A DNA stretch of 64,000 nucleotides from positions 224,001 to 288,000 of the forward strand of contig OZ219856.1 of NCBI GenBank assembly GCA_964291395.2, read 5' to 3'. This stretch comes from Alphaproteobacteria bacterium (GTDB lineage Bacteria > Pseudomonadota > Alphaproteobacteria > UBA2966). Below, in pieces: positions 50,049 through 59,817 of the stretch. Position 1 is the first letter of the stretch, and the number at the start of each line of letters is the position of its first letter. Under the pieces are notes generated by a model. The model saw only the letters and a program-made list of their open reading frames with translations, was not told where the DNA came from and did no database searches. The position numbers were made by a program, and so were the translations under genes.

Positions 50049-50963
50049 ATGAACAGCAGCACGGGTGCGGTGGTCCAGCAGACGAACGTCGTTCGGGCGA
50101 TAGCCTTCATCGCCGTCGGCATGACGTTCTTCGGCCTGTCCGACGCACTGGCCAAGCTGCTCGTCGCTGACCTTCCCGTTTTCGAGGTGGTGTGGGCCCG
50201 TTACACCTTTCACTTCGTCTTCCTGTTCGTGCTGCTCCGGCCCAAGAGCCTCCGGCGGCTCGTTCGGACCCGGCATCCGCGCCTTCAGTTCATCCGATCG
50301 GCCATGCATTTCATGGCGGCGTTTTGCGCCTTCCTGGCGCTCCGCTATCTGCCGCTGGCAGAGGCCACGGCCATCGCCTTCCTGTGGCCGCTGCTGGCCT
50401 GCGTGCTCTCCGTGCCCATTCTCGGAGAGCGCGTCGGCAGGTGGCGTTGGGCGGCGATCTTCGTCGGTCTGGCCGGGGCGCTGATCATCATCCGGCCGGG
50501 ACTGGGCGTGGTTCATTGGGCCGCGTTCCTGGCTCTCGGCATGGCGGCCGCCTATGCCGCCTACCACGTGCTGACCCGTCGGGTCGGCGCGGCCGATCCC
50601 TTCATGACCAGCTTGTTCTACATGGGAACGGTCGGCGTGGTGGTCACGACGGCGACGCTGCCGTTCATTTGGATGCCGCCCGACCAGACGCAGTGGCTGC
50701 TGCTGGCGACGCTCGGGCTGTCCGGCGCGACGAGCCATTTCTGTGTCATCCAGGCGCTGCAGAACGCAGCCGCCTCGACCCTGGCGCCCTTCGGCTACAT
50801 TCACCTCGTTTCCGCCACGCTCCTCGGCTACGTGATCTTCGATGCGCTGCCCGACGGCCCCACGATCGTGGGTGCGTTGATCATCGTCCTGAGCGGACTG
50901 TTTCTGTTCTATCGGGAGCGGGTGCGGACGCGCGAAGCGGGCGGTCGGGGGAGCCGGGGATGA
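50049..50963 (+). CDS. DMT/EamA family transporter
   Basis: About 10 TM segments; VVWARY, LPLAEATAI, LGERVG..RW, LAPFGY. Confidence 0.92.
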   Translation: MNSSTGAVVQQTNVVRAIAFIAVGMTFFGLSDALAKLLVADLPVFEVVWARYTFHFVFLFVLLRPKSLRRLVRTRHPRLQFIRSAMHFMAAFCAFLALRYLPLAEATAIAFLWPLLACVLSVPILGERVGRWRWAAIFVGLAGALIIIRPGLGVVHWAAFLALGMAAAYAAYHVLTRRVGAADPFMTSLFYMGTVGVVVTTATLPFIWMPPDQTQWLLLATLGLSGATSHFCVIQALQNAAASTLAPFGYIHLVSATLLGYVIFDALPDGPTIVGALIIVLSGLFLFYRERVRTREAGGRGSRG

Positions 50964-50965
50964 CT

Positions 50966-51087
50966 CCCACCCCGGCATTCCTTGTCACCTGCCCGGCAGG
51001 CCGTGTCGGAGGGCGAAAAAAAGGAGATGAAGCAGCCATTCCTCGCTTCTCCCTCCTGTCAGGGGGGAGGCCGGGGAGAGGGTGGGG
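50966..51087. repeat. Palindromic intergenic element (CIR/REP-like) between convergent genes
   Basis: CCCACCCCGGC left end; CTCCCTCC-TGTCA-GGGGGGAG followed by GCCGGGGAGAGGGTGGGG, similar to 42746-42845. Confidence 0.55.
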
Positions 51088-51131
51088 CCCCAACATCGTG
51101 CGAACTATGCGAAAGACTTGGCGCGGGAGGG

Positions 51132-51692
51132 TCAAACCTCCTCGTAGCGGAAGCAGTCGACGATGTGGTCGTTCACGATGCCGACGGCCTGCATGAAGGC
51201 GTAGCAGATGGTGGGGCCGCAGAAACCGAATCCCCGGGCCTTGAGGGCCTTGCTCATGGCTCGGGACTCGGGCGACTCGGCGGGAACGTCCTGTCGGCGC
51301 CCGTAGGCGTTCTTGATGGTACGGCCGTCCGTGAACTGCCAGATGAAGTCGTTGAAGGTCTGGCCGGACTCCAGCAGGTCGAGGTAGGCCCGGGCGTTTC
51401 TGACGGTGCCCTCGATCTTGGCGCGGTTGCGGACGATGCCCGCGTCCTTCATCAGCGATTCGACCTTGCGCCGGTCGTAGCGGGCGATCCGTGCCGGTTC
51501 GAAGCCGTCGAACGCGCCGCGGAAACTGTCCCGCTTCCGGAGGATGGTGATCCACGACAGTCCGGCCTGGAATCCGTCGAGGATCAGCTTTTCGAACAGG
51601 GTCCGGTCGTCGTGCTCGGGGACGCCCCACTCCTCGTCGTGATAGGCGACGTACAGCGGGTCGTCGCCCGGCCAGGAACACCGCGTCTTCAT
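51132..51692 (-). CDS. tag: DNA-3-methyladenine glycosylase I
   Basis: RCSW, YHDEEWGVP, FQAGLSW, GPTICYAFMQAVG.VNDH..C. Confidence 0.95.
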   Translation of the reverse strand: MKTRCSWPGDDPLYVAYHDEEWGVPEHDDRTLFEKLILDGFQAGLSWITILRKRDSFRGAFDGFEPARIARYDRRKVESLMKDAGIVRNRAKIEGTVRNARAYLDLLESGQTFNDFIWQFTDGRTIKNAYGRRQDVPAESPESRAMSKALKARGFGFCGPTICYAFMQAVGIVNDHIVDCFRYEEV

Positions 51693-52075
51693 GGGACCAA
51701 CGGGGAGTCGGTGCGGCATACGGCCTCCACCTTCGCACCCGTGGGATCGAAGACGAAGGCGCCGTAGTAGTCGGGGCCGTACATGGGCCGCGGTCCGGGC
51801 GCGCCCGCGTCCCGCCCGCCGTGGGTGAGCGCCGCCGCGTGGAACGCGTCGACGGCCTCTTTGGTCGTCGCGGCGAAGCCGACGTGAAATCCGCGCCCCG
51901 GCGAAAAATCGGATTGCTCGGACGCGCCGATCCAGAACGTCGCCCGGTCGTAACCGTAGCCGATCGTGGTCGGCAGCTCCCTGAACCGTCGCATGCCGAG
52001 AGCTCCCAGGGCAGCGTCGTAGAATGCGGCGCTCACTTCGAGGTCGGTCACGCCGATGGACACGTGGTCGATCAT
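51689..52075 (-). CDS. VOC/glyoxalase family protein
   Basis: MIDHVSIGV, HVGFAA, YYGAFVFDP..KVEAVC. Confidence 0.9.
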   Translation of the reverse strand: MIDHVSIGVTDLEVSAAFYDAALGALGMRRFRELPTTIGYGYDRATFWIGASEQSDFSPGRGFHVGFAATTKEAVDAFHAAALTHGGRDAGAPGPRPMYGPDYYGAFVFDPTGAKVEAVCRTDSPLVP

Positions 52076-52119
52076 GTCATGCTCCGGTCTTGGGCGGTTC
52101 GCAGCCGAGGCGGCGGCCG

Positions 52120-53055
52120 TTACCTCGGCTCCGCGTCAGCCGTGTCGTCGAGCGCCATCCACGCCGGCACGTCGGGCGTGATCTCGGTTCCGCCGGCCGT
52201 CAATGACAAGCCCTGTTCTCGCGCCGACTTCAGGGACTCGACCCTCAACAGGGCGAGACCTCTCCGGCCTGCGCTCGACCGCATTTCGCCGACATTCTTG
52301 TCGTTGAGCGTGATTGCCGTACCGGTGGCGGGCAGGGCCCCTTCCGACCTGACGGGGAACAATCGTTTGCGGATCTTGGCGCGATAATGGGTGCGCGCCG
52401 TCAATTCCTGGCCGACGTAGCAGCCCTTCTCGTAATCGATGGCGTTGAGATCGTCGAGATTGCACTCCAGGGGAAAGGACCTCTCGACGAGAATATCCCG
52501 GCTGCCGTCGGGGATTCCGTGTGACAGGCGCAGCTCGTCGTACACGCCGCTCCCGGTGCGCACGAAGCCGGACTCTTCGAGCAGTCGGGTGATCGTGGAG
52601 GCCGGACCGATGGCCCGCGCCCCGAGCGCGGCGAGGCGCGGGTCGACAAAGGCCACGCCGCCCGCCCGCGGGGCCGCCGTGCCAGCTTCCGGCTCAAGGC
52701 CGAGGGCCGGCGCGGCCTCGTGACCGAAAGCCGCGGATACGGCCCAGTCCGGCGTCGCCCGCTCCAGCACGACGTCGGCACGAAGCCGGTACATGCCGAA
52801 TCGTCGTTCCAGATCGTCGATGCGCCCGGCCTCCGCGTCGAGGAGATAGGCGCCGTCGCCCGCCGGATGAGCCGCGACGAAGAAGTCATGCAGGAACTTG
52901 CCTTGCGGAGTCAGCAGTGTCCCGTAGATGGTTCGATTCGGACTCACGCGATCGACGTCGTTGGAGATCAGGTTCTGGAGAAACGCGCCCGCGTCCGCGC
53001 CCGAAACCACGAGCAGGCCGCGCATTTCCAGGACGGTGAAGTTCCTTTCGGTCAT
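52120..53055 (-). CDS. ygfZ: Folate-binding Fe-S cluster repair protein YgfZ
   Basis: FLQNLISND, LTPQGK, KGCYVGQE signature. Confidence 0.93.
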   Translation of the reverse strand: MTERNFTVLEMRGLLVVSGADAGAFLQNLISNDVDRVSPNRTIYGTLLTPQGKFLHDFFVAAHPAGDGAYLLDAEAGRIDDLERRFGMYRLRADVVLERATPDWAVSAAFGHEAAPALGLEPEAGTAAPRAGGVAFVDPRLAALGARAIGPASTITRLLEESGFVRTGSGVYDELRLSHGIPDGSRDILVERSFPLECNLDDLNAIDYEKGCYVGQELTARTHYRAKIRKRLFPVRSEGALPATGTAITLNDKNVGEMRSSAGRRGLALLRVESLKSAREQGLSLTAGGTEITPDVPAWMALDDTADAEPR

Positions 53056-53263
53056 GTCGGGAGGTTCCTCGATCTACGTGCCGGTAGAGTTATGCGAGGC
53101 CCGTCCGTCTGGCAAGGGCGCTCTTGGCAGCGACGCGCGGCCGGGCGTATAACCGCTGGCAGTTGAGGCTCGGCCGCCGGGACGATGCGCCTTCGCCCTG
53201 ACGGCGGGGTGCCGCCTCTATGTTGCACTGTTCGAGCGGCTGACCGGTTGAAGTAGGGCGAAC

Positions 53264-54595
53264 ATGGCTTACGACCTCGTTATCCGCGGTGGGACGCTCG
53301 TCACCCATGAGGGAACCGGCGCGGGCGACGTCGGGGTGAGAGACGGGCGCACCGTCGCGGTGGGCGATCTCTCCCGGACGGACGGAGGCGAGGTCATCGA
53401 CGCGACCGGCCTCCATGTTCTTCCCGGCATCATCGACACGCAGGTGCATTTCCGGGAGCCCGGCAACGAGCATAAGGAGGACCTCGAAAGCGGCACCCGC
53501 GCCGCGGTCATGGGCGGGGTTACGGCCGTCTTCGAGATGCCCAACACCGACCCGCCGACCACCACGCCGGAGGCATTGGCCGACAAGCTGGACCGGGCCG
53601 ACGGGCGGGCCTGGTCGGACTATGCGTTTTATGTCGGCGCCACGCCGGAAAATGCGGAGACCCTCGGTGAACTCGAAAATCTCCCTGGATGCTGCGGTAT
53701 CAAGATCTTCATGGGTTCTTCGACGGGCAGCCTGCTCGTGCCCGACGACGCCTCCCTGCGGCGCGTGCTGGAGAATAGCCGACGCCGCGTCGCGATCCAT
53801 GCGGAAGACGAAGAACGTCTGAAGGCACGTGCCAGCATCGCGTCGGAAGCGGCGCACCCCCGGGCGCATCCCGAATGGCGCGACGTCGAGACGGCGTTCA
53901 ACGCCACCCGGCGGCTGATTTCGCTCGCCGAGGAGTTGCGCCGCCGGGTGCACGTGCTCCACGTGACCACGCGGGAGGAAGCGACATATCTCGCCGGTCA
54001 CAAGGACGTGGCGAGCGTCGAAGTGACGCCGCAGCATCTGACTCTCGAAGCTCCCCATTGCTACGACCGCCTGGGCGCTTTCGCACAGATGAATCCACCC
54101 GTCCGCGAGGCGCGTCACCGGAGCGGTCTCTGGCAGGCCGTGGCAAATGGCGTGGTGGACGTCATCGGCTCGGACCATGCGCCGCATACGCGCGAGGAGA
54201 AAAGCCGGATCTATCCGAAGACACCGTCGGGGATGCCGGGCGTGCAGACTCTGCTGCCCGTCATGTTGAACCACGTCCACACGGGGCGTTTGTCGTTGAC
54301 GCGCTTGATCGATCTCCTCTGCCAGGGACCGAACCGGTTGTTCGGGATCGTCGGCAAAGGGCGGCTGGCGGTGGGCTACGATGCCGACTTCACGTTGGTC
54401 GACCTCGCGGCATCGCGCGAGATCACGGACGACTGGGTTGCCGCCAAGTGCGGGTGGACCCCCTTCGCCGGCATGACGGTCACGGGATGGCCGGTCGGGA
54501 CCATCATTCGCGGCCGGCCCGCGATGCGGGAAGGTCAGCTCATCGACGAGCCCTCGGGCCGTGTGATGCGGTTTTACGAGGGCGCGGGCCCTTGA
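53264..54595 (+). CDS. pyrC: Dihydroorotase
   Basis: PGIIDTQVHFREPG, FEMPNT, KIFMGSSTG, HAED, NPPVR, GSDHAPH. Confidence 0.88.
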   Translation: MAYDLVIRGGTLVTHEGTGAGDVGVRDGRTVAVGDLSRTDGGEVIDATGLHVLPGIIDTQVHFREPGNEHKEDLESGTRAAVMGGVTAVFEMPNTDPPTTTPEALADKLDRADGRAWSDYAFYVGATPENAETLGELENLPGCCGIKIFMGSSTGSLLVPDDASLRRVLENSRRRVAIHAEDEERLKARASIASEAAHPRAHPEWRDVETAFNATRRLISLAEELRRRVHVLHVTTREEATYLAGHKDVASVEVTPQHLTLEAPHCYDRLGAFAQMNPPVREARHRSGLWQAVANGVVDVIGSDHAPHTREEKSRIYPKTPSGMPGVQTLLPVMLNHVHTGRLSLTRLIDLLCQGPNRLFGIVGKGRLAVGYDADFTLVDLAASREITDDWVAAKCGWTPFAGMTVTGWPVGTIIRGRPAMREGQLIDEPSGRVMRFYEGAGP

Positions 54596-54709
54596 CCCGC
54601 CGCCTCGGTCCTTACGCCTTGCCCGATGTTGTTGTTGGCGCGTCGGCTTCGACCGATTACAAATGCGCGATCGCTCGAGGATGACGGCAGCACGGGAGTG
54701 ACCGACACC

Positions 54710-55708
54710 ATGACCGAGACCTTCAAGGCCCTGGTAGCTCGCGAGACCGATGGCAAGGTGGCATGCGAGTTCGAAGATCTGACGGCGGGCGATCTGCCCG
54801 GGAATGGCGACGCCGTGATCTCGGTCGCGTACTCCACGCTCAACTACAAGGACGGCCTCGCCATCAAAGGCAACCAGGGCAAGGTCATGCGGAGTCTTCC
54901 GATGGTGCCGGGCATCGACCTCGCCGGCGTCGTGGAAGATCCCGGAAACTCCGGTCTCGAGCCGGGGGACGAGATCGTCGTCACCGGTTGGGGGCTCAGC
55001 GAAACGGCCTGGGGCGGCTATTCGCAGAAGGCCAGGTTGAATTCCGACTGGTTGCTGCCGCTGCCCGAGGGGATTTCTCTAAAGCAATCGATGGCGATCG
55101 GAACTGCCGGATTCACCGCCATGCTCTCGGTGATGGCCCTCGAGCACATGGGCCTCAAGCCGTCACAGGGCGAGGTCCTGGTGACCGGTGCCGCGGGCGG
55201 TGTCGGCAGCGTCGCCGTCGCGATTCTTGCGAACCTGGGCTACGACGTCGCGGCCTCGACGGGCCGCGCCGAACAGCACGATTACCTCGAGAGCTTGGGC
55301 GCCGGGAGCATCGTCGAGCGCGCGGAACTCGAAGAGGACGGCGGCCCCATGCGCAAGGCCCGCTGGGCCGGTGGGGTCGATACGGTCGGCAGCAGGATCC
55401 TGGTCAATACCATGGCGCAGATCAAGCCCAGCGGTTCGATCGCCGTCTGCGGCCTCGCCGCCGGTCCCGATTTGCCCGCTACGGTCATTCCCCTCATCCT
55501 GCGCGGTGTCTCTCTCCTCGGCATCAACTCCGTCCACATCTCGAACGAGAAGCGCAAGGTGGCGTGGGATCGGCTCGCCAAGGAACTGCCGATGGACCTG
55601 CTCGATTCCATGACCGAGGTCGTGCCGTTCGTGAACCTGCCCGGCCTGGCTGGCGAGATCCTCAAGGGCCGGGTGCGGGGCCGCACCGTCGTTGACGTCA
55701 ACGCCTGA
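54710..55708 (+). CDS. acuI: Acryloyl-CoA reductase AcuI / YhdH-type MDR oxidoreductase
   Basis: YSTLNYKDGL, PGIDLAG, AIGTAGFTAML, TGAAGGVGS, GRVRGRTVVDV. Confidence 0.85.
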   Translation: MTETFKALVARETDGKVACEFEDLTAGDLPGNGDAVISVAYSTLNYKDGLAIKGNQGKVMRSLPMVPGIDLAGVVEDPGNSGLEPGDEIVVTGWGLSETAWGGYSQKARLNSDWLLPLPEGISLKQSMAIGTAGFTAMLSVMALEHMGLKPSQGEVLVTGAAGGVGSVAVAILANLGYDVAASTGRAEQHDYLESLGAGSIVERAELEEDGGPMRKARWAGGVDTVGSRILVNTMAQIKPSGSIAVCGLAAGPDLPATVIPLILRGVSLLGINSVHISNEKRKVAWDRLAKELPMDLLDSMTEVVPFVNLPGLAGEILKGRVRGRTVVDVNA

Positions 55709-55714
55709 GGCAGC

Positions 55715-56485
55715 TCAGGCCTCGACCCCGCGAGCGATGAAGAACGGGTTCTCGAATCCGTCCTTGCCGTAGAGCAGATCGTCGCCGTCGACCGTTCGGA
55801 CCGAGCCGCCGGCCGCCGCCAGTACGGCGTGTCCCGCCGCCGTGTCCCACTCCATCGTACGCCCGAAACGGGGGTAGATGTCGGCTTCGCCGGCGGCGAC
55901 CAGACAGAACTTGAGAGAGCTTCCCGCCGCCGTGAGATCCTTGACGGGCAACGTGTCGAGAAACTCGTCGGTGCGCGCGTCGCGGTGGGAGCGGCTGGCG
56001 ACCGCCACCAGCCCGTCCTCCGCCGGCGCGCGCGCCGCGATGGGTCTCGCCGGGCCATCGTCTTCCTCGATGAAGACGGCGCCCGGGCCGCCGGCCGTGT
56101 ACATCCGACGCCGGGCCGGCACGTAGACCACGCCGAGCGCCGGCCGGCCGCTCTCGATCAGGCCGATGTTGACGGTGAATTCGCCGTTGCGGCTGATGAA
56201 TTCCCGTGTCCCGTCGAGCGGATCCACGAGCCAGAACCTGCCTTTCGGAATATGGGGAACGTTGCCCGCGGTCACGCTCTCCTCCGCGACGACGGGGATG
56301 CCGGGGGTGAGCTCGGCAAGCCGGGTGACGATGATGCTCTCCGCGCGCTCGTCGGCGTCGGTCACCGGCGACCGGTCCTCCTTCGATCGGATGTCGAAGT
56401 CCGACTCGTAGACGTTCATGATGGCGGCGCCCGCCGCCAGGGCGATGCCGCGCAGCTCCCGGACGATCTCGCCGGACTTTTCCAT
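55715..56485 (-). CDS. cysQ: 3'(2'),5'-bisphosphate nucleotidase
   Basis: SPVTDAD, WLVDPLDGTREF, GSSLKFC, RFGRTMEWDTAAG. Confidence 0.93.
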   Translation of the reverse strand: MEKSGEIVRELRGIALAAGAAIMNVYESDFDIRSKEDRSPVTDADERAESIIVTRLAELTPGIPVVAEESVTAGNVPHIPKGRFWLVDPLDGTREFISRNGEFTVNIGLIESGRPALGVVYVPARRRMYTAGGPGAVFIEEDDGPARPIAARAPAEDGLVAVASRSHRDARTDEFLDTLPVKDLTAAGSSLKFCLVAAGEADIYPRFGRTMEWDTAAGHAVLAAAGGSVRTVDGDDLLYGKDGFENPFFIARGVEA

Positions 56486-57231
56486 CAAAGGGCGCCGGCC
56501 ACGTTCATGTTGGCGCCGGCGACATACGATGCCTCGTCGGAGAGCAGGAAGAGGATGTTCGAGGCCACTTCTTCGGGCGTTGCGGCGCGGCCCATCGGTT
56601 GACGGCCCGCCAGCTTGGCCACGCGGCCGGGCTGTCCGGACCGCGCGGTCATCTCGGTGTCGATCAGACCGGGTCGGACCGCATTGACGCGAACGCCATC
56701 GCCCGCGACCTCCTTCGCCAAGCCGATCGTATAGGCGTCGATGGCCCCCTTGGACGCGCCGTAGTGCACCCAGTAGTGGGAGGCGCCCAGGGTCGCGGAC
56801 ATGGAGGACACGTTGACGATGGCGCCGCCGCCGCCGCCGTGTTTCGGCAGCATGCGTTTCAGCGCCTCGCGGCAGCACAGCATGACGCCCGCGACGTTCG
56901 TGAGCAGCACGACCGACATGTCCTCATAAGGAATTTCGTCGGCCCGGTAGCGGCCCGGCACCATGCCCGCGTTGTTGACCAATGCGGTCACGGGACCGAA
57001 GGCCTCGTCCACCGTCTTGAATAATTCGAGGACATCCCGTTCCCGCGAAACGTCGGCGCCCACCGCGATCGCCTTGCCGCCGTCCGAGGCGATCCGGTCG
57101 GCCACGGCCTCCGCCTTTTCGGCGTCGCTGCGGTAGTTCACGCAGACGGCATAGCCGCGCGCCGCGCCGGCGACCGCCGTCGCTTCACCGATCCCGCGGC
57201 TTGCGCCCGTGACGACCAGCACGCCAGTCAT
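56485..57231 (-). CDS. Short-chain dehydrogenase/reductase
   Basis: TGASRGIG, NNAG, YGASK, VRPGLIDT. Confidence 0.92.
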   Translation of the reverse strand: MTGVLVVTGASRGIGEATAVAGAARGYAVCVNYRSDAEKAEAVADRIASDGGKAIAVGADVSRERDVLELFKTVDEAFGPVTALVNNAGMVPGRYRADEIPYEDMSVVLLTNVAGVMLCCREALKRMLPKHGGGGGAIVNVSSMSATLGASHYWVHYGASKGAIDAYTIGLAKEVAGDGVRVNAVRPGLIDTEMTARSGQPGRVAKLAGRQPMGRAATPEEVASNILFLLSDEASYVAGANMNVAGAL

Positions 57232-57424
57232 GTCGACCTCCGATGTCGCCTTCGAAACGGACGCGAGTGGACCACCGGCGACGGGAGGGGTCAAGGCGAC
57301 TCACCTCCGGTCGTTGAACACGGATTCATTGATGTCGGATCTCAGGTCCGATTCTCATTGGAGTCCGGCGCGGCAAGCGTGGTCGGCCCTTCGTTCCTTG
57401 ACTCCCTTATCCTTCTTGAAATAA

Positions 57425-57439
57425 GAACAAAACAAGAAC
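57425..57439 (+). promoter_or_regulatory. Alphaproteobacterial LexA (SOS) box GAAC-N7-GAAC
   Basis: GAAC-AAAACAA-GAAC in the AT-rich region about 45 nt upstream of imuA. Confidence 0.88.
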
Positions 57440-57483
57440 ATTTTGAGTGTTTTCGACACGCCTGATCGACAGGGGGACGTTCC

Positions 57484-58269
57484 ATGACGGGACATCGGCG
57501 TCCCGCGGTGATCGAGCAGCTTCGCGCTCGTATCGCCGCCATCGACAAGACGGGGCCGGGTGAGGAGGAGGGATACAAGAGGCCCGTCCTCGCATTCGGG
57601 CAGCCGGTCATCGACGCGGCGCTGCCCTGGTCCGGGCTGCCCCTCGGCTGTCTGCACGAGATCGTAGGGCAGGGGACCGGCGGATTTGCCTCGGCTTCCG
57701 GTTTTACCTGCGCGCTCCTGGGGCGGTTCGGCAGCGGCGCTGGCGATCACCGTGCCGGCGACCCGACGGCAACCCGTGCGATGGTCTTGTGGTGTCTTCA
57801 GACCCATGAGATGCGTGAACACGGCGTTCCCTATGCACCCGGCTTCGCCGCGTTCGGTCTCGATCCGGTGCGTACCGTCATCACGCGCGGACGGAACGAT
57901 ACCGACGTTCTGTGGGCGATGGAGGAGAGTCTCCGCATGCCCGGGGTCGCGGCGGTCGTCGGAGAAGCCGACGACGTCGATTTCACCCATAGCCGCCGTT
58001 TGCAGCTCGCCGCCGAGGCGGGTGGCGTAACCGCGTTCATCTTGCGCCGGGGCGGCGACATGCCGGCAACCGCGGCCGTCACCCGCTGGCGGGTCGTGCC
58101 CGTGCCCGGCGTCGGTACCGGACGGTCCCGTTGGCGGCTCGAGCTGCAGCGCTGCCGGGGCGGAGCGCCGAACGAATGGCTTGTGGAGTGGGATGATGAG
58201 ACGGATGATTTCACTATGGTTTCCGAATTTCGCCACGGAACGCCTGAGCCGCAAAGAGCCTACGCTTGA
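57484..58269 (+). CDS. imuA: ImuA (RecA/SulA-like mutagenesis protein)
   Basis: IDAALP.SGLPLGCLHEI, DVLWAMEE, SRRLQLAAE, TRWRV, LELQRCRGG. Confidence 0.9.
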   Translation: MTGHRRPAVIEQLRARIAAIDKTGPGEEEGYKRPVLAFGQPVIDAALPWSGLPLGCLHEIVGQGTGGFASASGFTCALLGRFGSGAGDHRAGDPTATRAMVLWCLQTHEMREHGVPYAPGFAAFGLDPVRTVITRGRNDTDVLWAMEESLRMPGVAAVVGEADDVDFTHSRRLQLAAEAGGVTAFILRRGGDMPATAAVTRWRVVPVPGVGTGRSRWRLELQRCRGGAPNEWLVEWDDETDDFTMVSEFRHGTPEPQRAYA

Positions 58270-59797
58270 CGGCCGGCCGTTCGTAACGGTCGCGGCGGTC
58301 CGGGGGGGGCTGCGGGTGGCGGCGCCAAGCAGCGCGGCCGAGGCCGGGGGCATTCCGCCCGGCCTGCCGCTGACCGACGCCCGGGCCCGGATTCCGAACC
58401 TCAAGGCATTTCCTGCCGACCCGGTCGGCGATGCCAGGGCCCTGGTACGTCTCGCCGAGTGGTGCGGGGCCTATACGCCGTGGACGGCGCCCGAGGATAC
58501 CGGGGAGGCTCTGGAGGGCGGCGGGGCGGGAATCTGGCTCGACGCCACCGGTTGCGCGCACCTGTTCGGGGGCGAGGCCAAGCTCGGCCGCGTGCTGACC
58601 GTCCGGATGCGGCGGCTGGGGTTCACGGCCCGTGTCGGACTGGCCGAGACTCCCGGTGTCGCCTGGGCGGTCGCACGGTTCGGCGACGTCGAGAGGAAAA
58701 GGAAGGGTGGCCGCCAGGACGAGGTCGGCCGGATCGTGCCGCCCGGCGGCGTGCGCAGGGCCCTGACGCCTCTGCCGGTCATGGCCCTGCGCCTGCCCGC
58801 CGATGTGGTCGAGGGCCTGGACGGTCTCGGGCTGCGGCGCGTCGGTGACTTGTTGAACGTGCCGCGCGGACCGCTGACCGCACGGTTCGGCGAGGTCATT
58901 ACCCGGCGTCTCGATCAAGCCCTGGGCCATGCGTTCGAGCCGATTTCACCGCGTCTCGAGACACTGCCGATGCGGGTTCGCGTCATGCCGGCCGAGCCGT
59001 TGGGGCAGCACAAGGACATCGCCGTCGGACTCGCGCGGTTGTTGCGCCAACTCGAAGGTCGGCTCCGGCGCAAGCATCTCGGCGCCCGCAAGCTCATGCT
59101 CAACCTCTATCACGTCGATGGCGAGGTGCGCCGGGCGTCGATCGGCACCAGCCGCCCGGCGCGGAATCCCGATCATCTTTTCCGCCTGTTCTCCGAGCGC
59201 CTCGAAAATCTCGATCCCGGTTTCGGGATCGAAGCGATGGTTCTGACCGCGCCCGTCACCGAGCCGCTGTCGGCGGAGCAGATCCCGCTCGCCTCCCGCC
59301 GGCTGCGGACGGCTCCGGCGGACCTCAGTGCCCTCGTCGACCGTCTGCAGAATCGGCTGGGCGCAGGAAACGTCATGCGGTTCGATCTGCGGGAGAGTCA
59401 CATCCCCGAGCGGGCTGCCGCGCCGGTTCCCGTCTTCCACGGTGGGTCATCCGCATCATCGGCTCCTGCCACCTGCCGGCGGCCCGTACGGCTTCTGTCC
59501 CGGCCCGAGAACATCGAGGCGACGGCCATGGTTCCCGACGGTCCGCCCGCGATGTTCCGCTGGCGCCGGGTGCTGTACCGGACCGCCTGGGCGGAAGGGC
59601 CGGAACGCGTCGCGCCGGAATGGTGGCTGAAGGTCGCGCCCTGGAACGCGCCGTGGGATCTCGAGACCCGTGATTACTACCGTCTCGAAGCCGTGGACGG
59701 CGCCCGTTTCTGGGTTTTTCGGGAAGGCCTCTATCGCATGGCGGGCGAGGCGCCTCGGGACCCGCTGCTCTGGTACCTGCACGGCCTGTTCGCTTGA
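58193..59797 (+). CDS. imuB: ImuB (catalytically inactive Y-family polymerase)
   Basis: SLWFP, LDATGCAHLFGGE, HIPERA, GPERVAPEWW, RDYYR, WYLHGLF. Confidence 0.92.
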   Translation: MMRRMISLWFPNFATERLSRKEPTLDGRPFVTVAAVRGGLRVAAPSSAAEAGGIPPGLPLTDARARIPNLKAFPADPVGDARALVRLAEWCGAYTPWTAPEDTGEALEGGGAGIWLDATGCAHLFGGEAKLGRVLTVRMRRLGFTARVGLAETPGVAWAVARFGDVERKRKGGRQDEVGRIVPPGGVRRALTPLPVMALRLPADVVEGLDGLGLRRVGDLLNVPRGPLTARFGEVITRRLDQALGHAFEPISPRLETLPMRVRVMPAEPLGQHKDIAVGLARLLRQLEGRLRRKHLGARKLMLNLYHVDGEVRRASIGTSRPARNPDHLFRLFSERLENLDPGFGIEAMVLTAPVTEPLSAEQIPLASRRLRTAPADLSALVDRLQNRLGAGNVMRFDLRESHIPERAAAPVPVFHGGSSASSAPATCRRPVRLLSRPENIEATAMVPDGPPAMFRWRRVLYRTAWAEGPERVAPEWWLKVAPWNAPWDLETRDYYRLEAVDGARFWVFREGLYRMAGEAPRDPLLWYLHGLFA

Positions 59798-59817
59798 GAG
59801 ATGGAAATGCCAGCAAC

